Source: Octopus vulgaris (Eukaryota). From it: 64,000 nucleotides of DNA. Position 1 is the stretch's first letter; the number at the start of each line of letters is the position of its first letter. The stretch is from positions 52,204,001-52,268,000 of the forward strand of contig OX597815.1 of assembly GCA_951406725.2 (NCBI GenBank). The letters run 5' to 3'. This document shows, one piece after another, positions 1 through 11,892 of this stretch. The notes below the pieces were generated by a model. That model searched no databases and had not been told where the DNA came from. It saw only the letters and a program-made list of their open reading frames with translations. A program made the position numbers and the translations under genes.

Positions 1-318
1 TATAATGAAGGACGACAAGCTGTTCTACTGTTTGAGAGAGAAGAAGACTTTATTAACACAGTGTACAAAGTGAAAGTATTGTGAGTGCTAGCGTAGTGTT
101 GTGTATGAATGCATGCGCATAGTATTTGTGTCTGTGTGTGTCTGTGTGTGCGACAGAAGGTACAGAAATAAGTAGAGAGACAAACCGCACTAGAATGCCA
201 ACCAATCAGAGCAGTGGACACAACAGGGTCAAACTAGCCAAAGATGGTTGTAATCTCAAACGAGATCATTCCTAATGTGTCTCTCAAACAGTGAGGATAT
301 CAGATATGCTACCCTACA
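1..318 (-). mobile_element. Possible solo LTR (may run off window start)
   Basis: Minus strand starts TGTAGGG, has AATAAA ~55 nt before an end reading CATTATA (decayed ..CA?), CCAAT motif near 202; no coding remnant or second copy. Confidence 0.22.
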
Positions 319-332
319 TACTGGAGAAACCC

Positions 333-398
333 AAGGCAGTGCTCCAGCATGGAAACAGTCCAATGACTGAAACAAGTAAAAGATAAAAGACAAAATAA
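333..398 (+). mobile_element. SINE group A 3' tail fragment
   Basis: gtgctccagcatgg..cagtccaatgactgaaacaagtaaaaga matches tails of full copies such as 42306-42735. Confidence 0.65.
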
Positions 399-810
399 AG
401 AACTTTCTTTTTTAACATACAGAAATATACAGTACAGATATTTAGTAACCCACCAGTAATTCTGAAGTTATCAGAATAAATGCTTTAAAACTGAGCAATT
501 AACAATATTTATTTTATTCAATTACTGTAACTAATATTTTATGAAGTTTTGCTCTAGAAAGGCCCATTAACCAAATATAATAATTAAACATCAAATAGTT
601 CTATATAGCAGTAACAACAAAGCTAAGCCCTAAAAGCCCTTAATAGCTTGTGAGGGAGGCACCAGTTTTAGATCTTGCTGCCTAAAATCCTAAGGTCAAT
701 AAAGAAGTCATACCCGTATTTAGATCATAGTACATACCAGAAGTGGATGTTTGCTGTTCATTCCATCTTCAAACTCCATGGAAGATTGTAATAAGTTTGT
801 GTGCATGTGC

Positions 811-812
<2 letters not shown>

Positions 813-859
<47 letters not shown>

Positions 860-868
860 TGAGTGTGT
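813..868. repeat. (GT)n microsatellite
   Basis: Directly visible. Confidence 0.95.
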
Positions 869-1017
869 GCTTTATTTAGCTGTGGTCAGCAGTAAACATT
901 TACAACTGCCCGTGAGTAACTAATGGACAAAGTTTCACAACTGGTTAGTCAATGAATGAACCTCTGATGAGTCAAAATTAACTAAACGAATAACTCATAC
1001 GTATATTATCATGCATA

Positions 1018-1420
1018 TATCATCATTATCATCATCATCATCATCTACATCTGCTTTCCAAGCTGGTATGGGTGGGACAATTTGACAGGATCCAGTGAAG
1101 CGTAAAGCTGTGTCGAACTCCAATGTCAGCTTTGTTGTGGTTTCTACAACTGGAGGCCCTTTCTAACACCAACTGCTTTACAAAATACACCAGGTGCTTT
1201 TTCCATACCACCAGCACTAGTGAGATTGCTGTATAACATGCAAGACAGAAAAAAGAACAGGGAAAAGGAAAAAGAAAAAGCTCCCAATATTAAAAAGGGA
1301 ATATTTGAGAGGGACAGGTGGAAGTAGGTGGCTGTATGTCAAGTGATGAAAGGCTAAAATATGATAGAGGGACAAGTACTGATATCATGTTATAGAGGAG
1401 ATACATGGCTGGAGGAGATA
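1018..1420 (-). mobile_element. Decayed RTE-type 3' tail element
   Basis: (CAT)n followed by the reverse complement of the RTE 3' end seen at 13360-13503. Confidence 0.55.
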
Positions 1421-1708
1421 ATGGAGTAATTATTTCTTTCTTTATACATTTCAGTAATGTCTGAGAGATAGCTATTACACAATATGTTGTATAAAAATCA
1501 CCTGATATCACATCTTCAGAAGTGAAAGCAATAAAAATATTTTACTCTATAGACATTTCATTTTATGAATATGTATATAAGTGCAAATACATCCTTGTAA
1601 GTATATATTAGAATGTAATATAATATGTTGAGTTCTAAATAAATGGTTATGTTGGCATGCCTTGTAAAAGCTCATTAACAACAACAAGAACAACAATAAT
1701 AATAGCAA

Positions 1709-1858
1709 TCCTTTCTACAATAGGCAAAAGGCCCGAAATTTGTGGGGAGGGAGCTAGATGATTACATCAATCCTAGTGTTCAACTGGTACTTATATTATG
1801 GAGCCTGAAAAGATAAAAGGTAAAGTCAACCACAGCAGAATTTGAACTCAGAACATAA
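1709..1858 (-). mobile_element. SINE group B, partial
   Basis: Reverse complement of the core gagttcaaatt..gactttgcctttcatcc..ataagtaccag shared with other B copies. Confidence 0.65.
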
Positions 1859-1902
1859 CTACAACAACAAAAACTACAACCACTACACAATAATGATAAT
1901 AA

Positions 1903-2880
1903 TAGGTATGACTGTGTAGTAAGAAGTTAACTTACCAGTAACATGGTTCTGGGTTCAGTTCCACTGCATAGCATCTTGGACAAGTGTCTTCTACAATAGC
2001 TCCAGGGTGACTAAGGCTTTGTTAGTGGATATGGTTAATGGAAACTGAAAGAAGCCATATATATATACATACAGAGTGCACTGAATAAACTGTAGTCTAA
2101 ATTATGCAAAAATGAAAGTAACACTGGCATCTCGTTTTAATTGTTCAATAAAATTGCTGTTGGCTTCAACCACAGCCTCCAGACGACTTCAGAATCTCCT
2201 GCAACTCTTCTGGACGGTCTTGTTTAAGCTGGTGAATGCTGCCATAATCCTTGCCTTCGGTTCATCTTTGGTGTTACATGATGTTGGCTGGATGTTTGAT
2301 TTTCATCACTCTCAGTACATGTCCTCAGATTGACATCCATGCACTCTGAAATGTTTGTATTGGAGTTTCTGGTGCAATGCCAAACAGTACAGCATGTCAT
2401 TTTCAAATTTGTGGTAGAGTGAATTGCCCAACTGATCCTACTATACTGTATAGTCAGCAAAATCAAAAACAAACAATGCACACGCATGAAATTAAAAATA
2501 TAAAATGGTGACAATTTACCTATCGCACCCTCTGTGTGTGTGTATATATATACACTTTTTTTAAAGCCTGGTACTTATTCTATTGGTCTCCCTTGCTAAG
2601 CTGCTACGTTTTGGGGACATAAACAAACCATCACCAGTTGTCAAGCACACACACACTTGTATATATATACGTGCATGTGTGTGCTTGTCCCCCACTGCTG
2701 CTTGACAACTGGCGATGGTTTGTTTATATTCACAAAACTTAGCAGCTTAGCAAAAGAGACCAATAGAACAAGTACCAGGCTTAAAAAGAAGTAGTAGGAT
2801 CAATTCATTCGACTAAAAATTCATCAAGATGGTACTCCAGCATGGCCACAGTCTAATGCTTGAAACAAAAGATAAAAGAT
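1903..2880 (+). mobile_element. SINE group A interrupted by nested insertions
   Basis: tRNA-like head (box A tgactgtgtagt, box B ggttcagttcc) at 1903-2056; body and tail at 2680-2880. Confidence 0.75.
2072..2532 (-). mobile_element. Internally deleted Tc1/mariner-superfamily element (maT-like)
   Basis: Minus strand encodes ..TVQKSCRRF*SRLEAVVEANSNFIE, a typical maT-type C-terminus; degenerate TIRs cagagtgca../..tcgcaccctc; inserted in a TA tract. Confidence 0.65.
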
Positions 2881-3189
2881 AGGTACTCCATTAATTGTCA
2901 TGAATTTTTCTAGTCAATATATGTATTTATGTGAGGTTAAGGCCATAGCCATCACATGCAAAGTTTGACATAAATTTCCAATGCAATTGAATTTTTCTTG
3001 GGCATTTTTTTTTGTTAGGGTAGTAAATAATTTCAGTGCTGACAGGTCAGCTTGGCATAATGACTTGTAGCCATGTCAATTATCAATAAGCATTTCTTTG
3101 TAAACTACAAAGTCTTTTACAATATATACATCATAATTGTTACTGTTGAAATATCAGCCCATTATTGCTTTCTATATTTCTATGGTATC

Positions 3190-3345
3190 CAGACCAGCTG
3201 GACAAAATGCTTGGCAGCATTTCTTTTAGCTCTTAGCAGTCTGAGTTCAAATTCTACTGAGGTCGACTTGGCCTTTCATCATTTTGGGGTTGATAAAACA
3301 AGTTTCAGTTGAGTACAAGGGTCAACGCAAATTTCAAGCCTAGTT
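3190..3345 (+). mobile_element. SINE group B, partial
   Basis: gagttcaaattctactgaggtcgacttggcctttcatc core. Confidence 0.6.
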
Positions 3346-3554
3346 GAAAGTTTACAATATCCAGACCTATACTATGCTGAGTACTTATACACCATAACAA
3401 ATATGAGTTCTTGATGGCCCATTACTAATCTGCTTGGATTACTTATTTATTCAAAGCAAATTGTTGCTTTAAAACTATATGAAAAATATATGTACAATAA
3501 TGATAAATTAGCTCACTGGAAATTTATGGTGGTGTATTACCACAGTTAAAGGAA

Positions 3555-3772
3555 GGTGGCAAGTTGGCAGAATTGTTAGCATGCTGGGCAAAATGCTTAG
3601 TAGCATTTCATATGTCTTTACATGATGAGCTCAAATTCTGATGAGACTGACTTTGCCTTTTATTCTTTTAGAGTGGTTAAAATAAAGCACCAGCTGAGCA
3701 CTGGAGTTGATGTAATTAACTTACCCCTTCCTCCAAAATTAGTGGCCTTGAGTCAAAATAGGAAACCATTAT
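3555..3772 (+). mobile_element. SINE group B
   Basis: Box A tggcagaattgttag, box B-like gagctcaaattc, shared core and tail. Confidence 0.7.
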
Positions 3773-3778
3773 TACCAT

Positions 3779-4340
3779 TTAATGCTTTAGCATTCAGATT
3801 ATTCTGTCAAACGTAACACTTATTTACTCACTTTGTTTTGAATTACTTATGCATTATCTTGTAGCTTTGAGATTTCAATGATGTGATTGTTTATTATTAG
3901 ACATTGTAAGGTGGGTGTGAGAAGCTGGATTTGGTTGGCTTGAATAACTGGCACTCTATCGCTTACAGCAATAAGGGTTACAGGTGATTCAATCGATGGG
4001 AAAGCCTGCTTGTGAAATTAATGTGCAAATGGCTGAGCACTCCACAGACACGTGTACTGTTAACGTAATTCTCAGGGAGATTCGGCATGACATAGAGAGT
4101 GAGAAGTCTAACCCTTTGAAATACAGGTACCGCTCATTTTTGCCAGATGGGTAAACTGGAGCATTGTGAAATAAAGTATCTTGCCCAAGGACACAACATT
4201 CCCCTGAGAATTGGTGTACAACCTTACAGTCACAACCTCACAATTGTGAGTTGAATACCCTAACTATTAAGCCTGGTTTGAACATAAAATAAAAAGAATA
4301 TATGTGCCAGATATGGCTGATTTAAATGCTAAAGGGTTAA
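3779..4340. mobile_element. piggyBac-type MITE with nested SINE
   Basis: Ends ttaa-tgctttagcatt / aatgctaaaggg-ttaa (TTAA site, CCCT-type TIR); same body at 19326-19555 and 24690-24922. Confidence 0.7.
3947..4272 (-). mobile_element. SINE group C nested in the MITE
   Basis: Reverse complement of the element at 28768-29072. Confidence 0.7.
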
Positions 4341-4667
4341 GTTTATAAGTGAGATATTTTAAAATTGTATTTATAACAGTAGTTCCTGCAAGATGTCAGT
4401 AGAAAACACAAAGAAACAAAGACATTTAAATGAAGGGAGCAATTCTAATGAAGGATGGTTTCTCTTTTTTAAGGAAGAGAAGTAAGTTTTGTAGATTTGC
4501 AAAATATGTTGAACTTTTCCGATACAATAATGTTTGAGATTACATTGAGTATTAGTATGAAATATGTCTGTTTTTGACAAATGAAAATTTATGTATTACC
4601 AGATTAATAAATGTTTTTTGCAAATTTTTCCTCACTCCTAAATGATTTCAATATTAATTTAGAGGAA

Positions 4668-4887
4668 GTGGGTGAGCTGGCAGAATCATTAGCATCCCAA
4701 GCAAAATGTTTAGTGGCATTTTGCCTGGCTTTATGTTCTGAGTTCAAATTCTGCTGGGGGTCAACTTTGCCTTTCATCCCTTGATGGTAGGGGAGTCAAT
4801 AAAATAAGTATCAGTCTAGTACTGGGGTCGATGTAATCAATTATCTTGTCCACTGAACTTGTTTGCCTTGTGCCAGAATATGAAGCC
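4668..4887 (+). mobile_element. SINE group B (first of tandem pair)
   Basis: ggtgagctggcagaatcattag..gagttcaaattc..ccttgtgccag. Confidence 0.8.
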
Positions 4888-4908
4888 AGTATTAATTTAG
4901 AGGGTTAA

Positions 4909-5120
4909 TGTGGTGAGCTGGTAGAATTGTTTGGCTTCCGGACAAAATATTTAGCAGCATTTCGTCTGTCTTTATATTTCGAGTTCAAATTCCACCAAGG
5001 TCAACATTGCCTTTCATCCTTATGGGGTCAATAAAATAAGTATCAGTTGAATGCTGGGGCTTATGTAATTGATTTACCCCCTAGCCTGATATTGCTAGTC
5101 TTGTGCCAAGTTTTGAAACT
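4909..5120 (+). mobile_element. SINE group B (second of tandem pair)
   Basis: ggtgagctggtagaattg..gagttcaaattcc..cttgtgccaag. Confidence 0.8.
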
Positions 5121-6767
5121 AATATTAATTTAGAAGTTTCTGATAAAACACTTTATGGTATATTTGAGTGTATACAAATCTTTTGAAATCAGACTAAAAG
5201 GTTTTCAATGAGATGTTGACAATAATGACTGATCTTTAAATTCATGAAAAAACAGACATTCAAAGCATTTAAAAATATTTTCAGAGCAACTTTTAGGGAA
5301 CAGCTGAACAATTTTCTTTAATATTTACTAAGTTCAAGTCATCTAAAAAAACTGATAGTGTAACCTCAGGCAATATAAATTTGGAAATGTTTTAGGGAAT
5401 TTGAATAATTTTAAAAAGCAACTGATTAGATTATAGCTCAATATGGATGCAAAAGTTTGAAGACTTCAGAGCAAAATTGAAAAATAAAAAGCATCAATAG
5501 AAGTCAGATAATGCCAAAAATAACACAGGAAAATGCAGAAAATAAGGTTCTGAAAGCCTGGAGTTTATTTCTGAAATCTTCACCTGTTTCAAAAATATTT
5601 TAATGGCAATTTTAATTGAATTTTCATCAACACACTATGGTTTGCATTTTTCTGTGATAAACTTTGTCAAGTTAAATTACAGGAGTAATTGATGAAACTA
5701 GAGTTACAAGCTCTTGAATTCACTAAATATAGCCCTGATGTATAAGTATCCATCATTGGTTGAGTATCAGTAAGAGTTTTACTGATAATGAAATGATTAT
5801 TTTCCATTCCTTCATTTTATTATTTTTGTTGTATTGCACATTTGACGTATGATATAATGGGATAATAATAATGTCCTCGCAAATTGTTCTACTCAAGATA
5901 CTGACAATGTGCAACTCTTGGCTTTACACAGCTCAAGATTCTCTTACACTCTCTAAATATGTCCATTTATATTGTGGCACAGTCCATTAGGAGCCACACA
6001 GCAGTTTTATAAATGTACACATTTCTTGTGTCTTATTAAGGTATAATGTAATTTATAAGTGATGTTATTTTTCTATTGTTTTGTTTAAAAACATTGAGTA
6101 CAATACAATTTATAAATGGTTATTTTTCAATTGTCATCTTAAAACCATTGACATTAGTAATTATTTTTTAAACATAATTCCTGAAATGTTTCTCTTTCAT
6201 TTTAGTTTCTCTGTTTTATTTTTCCTAATAGAAAAACACTAAATAAATATAAGTATGAACTCTTCTTTTTTCTATTGGACTGAACTTTCCACAGATTTTT
6301 TTAAAGTGATCACTAATGCTGGCACATACTCTCAGAAAATTTCACTACCACAACACTATGCAATATCAACTGTCACATTCTTTGAGATTACACTCTTTTT
6401 CAAACTTTCATTACAATTACCAAAATTCTATTATAGGGATTAATTACTGCATTGCTTCTTAGACTTGTTAGTGACACTTAATTTCGTTCAGTTTCTTTGT
6501 ATGTCTCCACTACCCTATTTTTGTTTCCAACTTTGACCCTCCTTAAATCCCTAATTTTATTTTGGTATCTTGGAAGTAACTGCCTTCGAAGACTCATATT
6601 GTCGTCCATTGCTTGAAACGAGGAGCAGATGGACAGCTGACAACTGATGAAGGGTCGTTCTTTATGTTACTTGTCCTGTTTTCCAGTTGTTTCTCTCATT
6701 TTTTGCATATTTAACTCATTTGTTTTCAGATTTCATGTTGTTTACTGTTTGTGATGTCCTGTACTCA

Positions 6768-6771
6768 TATA

Positions 6772-6830
<59 letters not shown>
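6768..6830. repeat. (TA)n microsatellite
   Basis: Directly visible; representative of many TA tracts in the window. Confidence 0.95.
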
Positions 6831-6833
<3 letters not shown>

Positions 6834-7129
6834 TACATATTATTTATACATATTTATTTTTATGTGTAATGTAACAGTTTAGAAAAAAAAACATTGGTTT
6901 CATATCTAGCATAAACTAGAAATCTCTTCAGTTTCTCTAAATGATAACTTCTCTGCAAAGAATGTTTTTTTAAAATACAAGAATGCCGGTGATAGTTCAA
7001 GAAATATTCCTCTTAAAAAATTATGGCTGGGCAAGTTGTTTTCCTTCACTTGATAGCTAGGTTTTCCAATTTTGAATTAAAAATTTCCAAAAATGTGCAC
7101 AACTCCCCACAGCTTCCATCCTGGAGTTC

Positions 7130-8600
7130 AGGTAGCCTCTTAGCTCATGTGAGTTCATAAGGATTATATATCTTTCTGCCATACACAATTTACATAGTCT
7201 CCACTACCATTGTGATAGGGTCCACAAATTTCCAATAAAATTTCCAGTTCCATTGTGATAGGGTCCACAAATTTCCAATAATTTCTACCTGATGTTAAAG
7301 GGCATATGATCATCCTTTAGGCACCATACATATGCCATGAGTGTCATTGTGTTGTGTCTCTCCAGGTCCCTGGAAGAAGATCTGTGGTTGTTCAAGCGAA
7401 TTTTAAATTTGGATTAACAAGATCTGACATAAATTTTAGTGTGTCCCTGTACTGGCATTGATGTTACTGATATTTGTGCTGCTTCTGTTTGGGGTTACCT
7501 TTGCTTGGTACAATGTAGCCTAGGTGTTACATTGACCATCCACTGGGCATTCCTTTCTAATCCTGCATGAACAACCTGCCACTGTCCGTGGTTTAGGAGT
7601 GCTAAGTAATTTTTTCTTAACAATGGGTGCACAACTGAAAAAAATTCTTAAATTATGTCTGTTAAAGATCTTTCTATATTTGTGTAATCGTGTGAAATGC
7701 TTATCAACCAGCCTAAGAAAAATCTTGCCTATGCATGTCCAGACGTTTAGGGAGAAGGGGGGGAGTGAACTATAAGGTCTTGTGGTAGCATTTCCTTTTA
7801 TGGTTACTCAATCCTGGTGTACATACAACATGGTCCTTGAATCTGCTGGCTACTAGTACCTCATTGTAAGTGGGAGCCACTACGTCAAAAATATCTTCAT
7901 TTGAAGATAAGATCGAAATCCATTTACTGATACCTTTTATTAGGTTTTTGAACACTATGGGTGGGTGGCAGGAGGCTGTATTAATGTATGATAGCCTATC
8001 ATTCGGTTTGTGGTATGGTCTGTAGGTGCCACTCTCTAAATCAAGTGTGACGTCCTAGAAGTTCGCCACGGTGAGGTTAGTCTCTATGGTGATTTGAAGG
8101 CCAAGGTTATTGAGGGTGTGTATGATGTCTCTTCTAAGCCTATCTAAAGTATGCCTGTTAGTATCTCTGGAGATGGCTAAGGCATCATCTCTATATAAGC
8201 TGAAGTGGACAGAGGGTGTCCAGAATATAAAACCCTATAAGGTCACAAATATCAGCGCTCTTGTATGCCCTCATCACGATGTTGAAGGAGCCTTCAGGGT
8301 CAGTTTGTTTGACTCAGGTTGAATCCTGGTTGAACAGTAGTGTTTTCCTAGTGTGCATAATTATATCTATCTCTCTATTACTTATGTTGGTAATTCGTCT
8401 AGCATATACTAATGCCCTATCAAGTAACATTTTCAATATAAATGGATAAAAGTCTACTATATCAAATTATATGAACTTAGCTCTAAAAGTGCTTTGTTTG
8501 ATCTCAAACCAACTTCGATTGTGTTACGCCATAAAGAGAAATTAGATACCTTCCTTATGTCTTTATTAACCCTTCTTAGGATGTGTTTACTCACCAGTCT
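7130..8600 (-). mobile_element. Penelope-like retroelement fossil (RT + C-terminal GIY-YIG)
   Basis: DIVDFYP, LYRDDALA, NF*DVTLDL, YHKPNDRLSYINTASCHPP, IGKIFLRLVDKHF, CSCRIRKECPVDGQC, LYQA..IYVR, CKLCMAERY, with stops and frameshifts. Confidence 0.85.
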
Positions 8601-8625
8601 GATTATACACACCCACACACACACA

Positions 8626-10808
8626 CAAAGGTGGGCACTGTTAATTGAAAAGTTAACCTCGTTAATCAAAACATTAACTTTGATAACCGTTAATCAGTTA
8701 ATTCTTTAAAAATGCAATGGAAGTTATCGATAAACCATTAACATTAATTTCTATTATATAAAAATAACAAAATATCAGTTTTTGCTCTAAAACCACCTAA
8801 AAACCACCTTTTAAAAGTGTCAAAACTATAAAATCAGCCTTTTTTTTTGCTTTTTTAAGTGCTTTAGAACTCAAAAACTATAGTTTTTTTTTTTTGCTTT
8901 GGTGTTAAAAAATGCTGATTTTTTAGTTTTAACCTTTAAAAGACATAAAAGGTTTGATTTCATAGTTTTGGCCCATTTTAGGTTTTTAAAGGCTTTTAGA
9001 GCCAAAGAAGGGTAAAAAGAAACTCACATGAAATACAATATTAGTATTAAACTAAAAAAATCTATTGATAAAGTAGCCATAAAAAAATAAAAAATAAAAA
9101 CATGAAAAGCATGAGATATACATAATTTAATATTTTCTCTTCTCATTCTCATTTTGTTCATGAGATGCATGTTGCCCTTCATGAAAATTAGCATGTCAAA
9201 GTTTTCATCAGACAGGGATGATCTCTTAGCCCTCAAGATGTCCTTGCCCATAAAGAACAAATGCTCCACTGCAGCACTGGAGGGATGGCTGTTTTGAACT
9301 TCATGAACAAGTCCACCAACACTTGCTCACCCAAGAAGGCAGCATCTGTTAGCAAATCCGTGAAGCTGGTCACCAACCAGGTCTTCACCAAATTCTGGGC
9401 GTTGTCCTTGAGTGACTTGTGGCTCCTGCTGCTCTCCTTTGGCTGGGTGACACCACTGAAGAAATCATCCTCCTCTTCTTCAGTGTTGCTGCCTCCACTG
9501 TTGCTGCTCACTTCATCAGATTGCAGTCTCATGACCTCCTTGACCTTACCCTCCATGCTTTCCTCGCCTTGGCAACCTTGGTGTTTTCATACTTATCCAA
9601 CCAGATGAGGTGAAACCTGGGGTGGAAAGCAGAAATCAGTTGACATTCCTCATCCTCCAGGATGACACTTGTCATCATCCTTTTATCAATGCCTGCCAAA
9701 AGTGCGTTGATCAAGGGGCTGTAGTAGACGAGCCTAAATATCATTGTGACAACTGTTGGCAGCAGAGTCCCAAAGTAGGCTTGTTCCTTCCCTTGGATCT
9801 TGTCGAGCCCTTTGGCCACAAGTGACATGACCTGGAAATAAAATAATGGAAAATTAGCAAATTCTAGAAATTCAAATTTGTTGGGAAACAAACTAGTAAA
9901 ATATATACTGTCAAATCAAATGTTATCAAATATCATTTTATTATTAATTTATTACCTTGGCACACTCCTTCATTAAGTCAACATCCTGGTTGTTGAAGCT
10001 GTTGAACTTCAACTGAATAATGACTGTGTGGAGAACAAGCCTCTTAGTCTCCAGGATGGTGTTGATGACCACCACAGAGTCATAGGTGGAGTTCCACCTT
10101 GTCATGTTGGGGACAGCCAGCCTCCTCCCCACCCCAGCATAGATGCTGTCTGCTGCCACAGTGCTGCGATCTTGCTGGTTCCAGATGGCATGTGCCTTGA
10201 CCATGATGGTCCTGTAGGGCCGCTTGAACACTGCACTCTTTTTACCCTTTTCTGGCTCTAAAAGCTTTTAGAAACCTAAAAAGGGCTCAAACTATGAAAT
10301 CAGCCCTTTTTAGGTCTTTTAAAATTTAAAACTATAAAATCAACATTTTTTAACTCTAAAGTAAAAAAATTAAAAAACCCATAGTTTTGGGGTTCTAAAA
10401 CCCTTGAAAAAGCCAAAAAAGGCTGATTTTATAGTTTTGGCACTCTTTAAAGGTTGGCAACAGAGTCCCAGGGTAGGCTTGTTCTTTCCCCTGGATCTTG
10501 TCAAGCACTTTGGCCACAAGTGACGTGACCTGGAAATAAAATAATGGAGAATTAGCAAATTTTAGAAAGTGGTTTTAGAGTAAAAACTGATTTTTTGCTT
10601 TTTTCTATAATAAAAATTAACTTTAATGTTTTATTGATAACTTCCTTTACATTTTTAAAGAATTAACTGAGTAACAGAAGTTAAATGTAATGGAAGTTTA
10701 TAAGTGTGATAATGATTTCCAAAGTTAGCTTAAAAGTTAAATCATTTACGAAAATATTAACTCCATTAATTAATGATTAACAGATTAATGGTTTGGTGCC
10801 TAGGTTTG
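8626..10808 (-). mobile_element. Internally deleted hAT transposon with long imperfect inverted arms
   Basis: VPNMTRWNSTYD, VMSLVAKGLDKIQG, AFHPRF, SAAVEHLF..KRSSLSDENFDMLIFMK (hAT dimerisation domain); termini caaaggtgggcac / gtgcctaggtttg; 8690-9020 inverted at 10237-10680. Confidence 0.85.
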
Positions 10809-10814
10809 TATATA

Positions 10815-11453
10815 CAGGGTGTCCCAAAAGTAACTGATGGGTTTCCTTAATTTTACAAATAAATGCATGAAAGTTTGATACAATATAAAGGACATAATGG
10901 AAATAAATATGCACTAGACAAATTTTGCAGCACCACTACATCACATGAAAAATGACATCGCTTAAACGGCAACCAATTTTGGCTTTGCACACCCATGCTC
11001 TTTCCAAAACTTGCACCATAACACCCTCAAGAGTTTCAGACCCCACTTCTCTGATTTCTCTATTGATGTTCTCCTTCAGTTGCACCAGGGCTAGTCAAGT
11101 CTGGGGAACATGAAGGCCATTCAAAGTAGATCTCACACATGGTTCCAGCAACATGGGACAACTGCTCATATCACAAGAGAAACAATGCAGTTGTTACGGC
11201 ACTGCTTTGGAGAGAGATTAATCTCCCACTATGGCAATGTCAACTGGCCTTCACATTCCCCAGACTTGACTAACCTGGATTTTTTCTTGTGAGAATACCA
11301 GAAAGAGAAGGTTTATGTCAACAGACCAGAGACACTGATGCATATTAATTTCCGTTATGTCCTTTATATTGTATCAAAATTCTGTGCATTTATTTGTAAA
11401 GTTAAGGAAGTTATTAAAAATTGAAACCCATCAGTGACTTTTGAGACACCCTG
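10815..11453. mobile_element. DD41D-type (rosa/Visitor) Tc1/mariner element, deleted and internally inverted
   Basis: ~100-bp TIRs cagggtgtcccaaaag../..cttttgagacaccctg; WFQQHG..WPSHSPDLTNLDFFL with 41 residues between the second (mutated to H) and third catalytic positions. Confidence 0.8.
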
Positions 11454-11493
<40 letters not shown>

Positions 11494-11716
11494 GCTAGAT
11501 AGATAGATAGATAAGAGATAAAAGTAGTAACTATACTGAGAAGTAATGCTTATCACCATGTCAACATGGAAGATGGTATATATCATGTGCAGGTTGCTTT
11601 CAATAACCAGCTGGAGGAGATGTCCTTCTGGGGTTAAAATGGTAGTAACATCAGTACCAATGGAACAGCCATGTTCACGTGGCAATAAATATTACTTATA
11701 TATATGTATGTGTGTG

Positions 11717-11750
<34 letters not shown>

Positions 11751-11892
11751 ATATCAAACAATGAAAATGAGTGATCAACATTGCATTGGTGGATAAATAT
11801 CGTTTATTTGTGGGTTATAGTTGGTTGTGTATAAATATATGCATAAACTTGTAAATATGCAACCCTATGAATTCACAACAACTATCTGAGGG

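Larger units (their letters stand above)
4400..5760 (+). pseudogene. Decayed hAT transposase, GTF2IRD2/EPM2AIP1 (Buster/Charlie)-like
   Basis: Manual translation across frameshifts: MFFANFSSLLNDFNINLEG, FEIRLKGFQ, WMQKFEDFRAKL, ENKVLKAWS, FTCFKNILMAILIEFSSTH, FSVINFVKLNYRS, TKYSPD, in the motif order of this family. Confidence 0.65.

Noticed and set aside
738-779. Minus-strand ccATGG..MEFEDGMNSKHPLL|gtatgt as a first coding exon
   Set aside because: Only 42 nt, with no upstream acceptor or promoter support; plausible by chance.
964-1000. CUGAUGAGU..ACGAAU hammerhead-like text
   Set aside because: No GAAA and no convincing stems I or III.
6640-6670. CUGAUGA AGGG-ucgu-UCUU hairpin
   Set aside because: Lacks downstream GAAA and cleavage triplet; at most a decayed terminal repeat.
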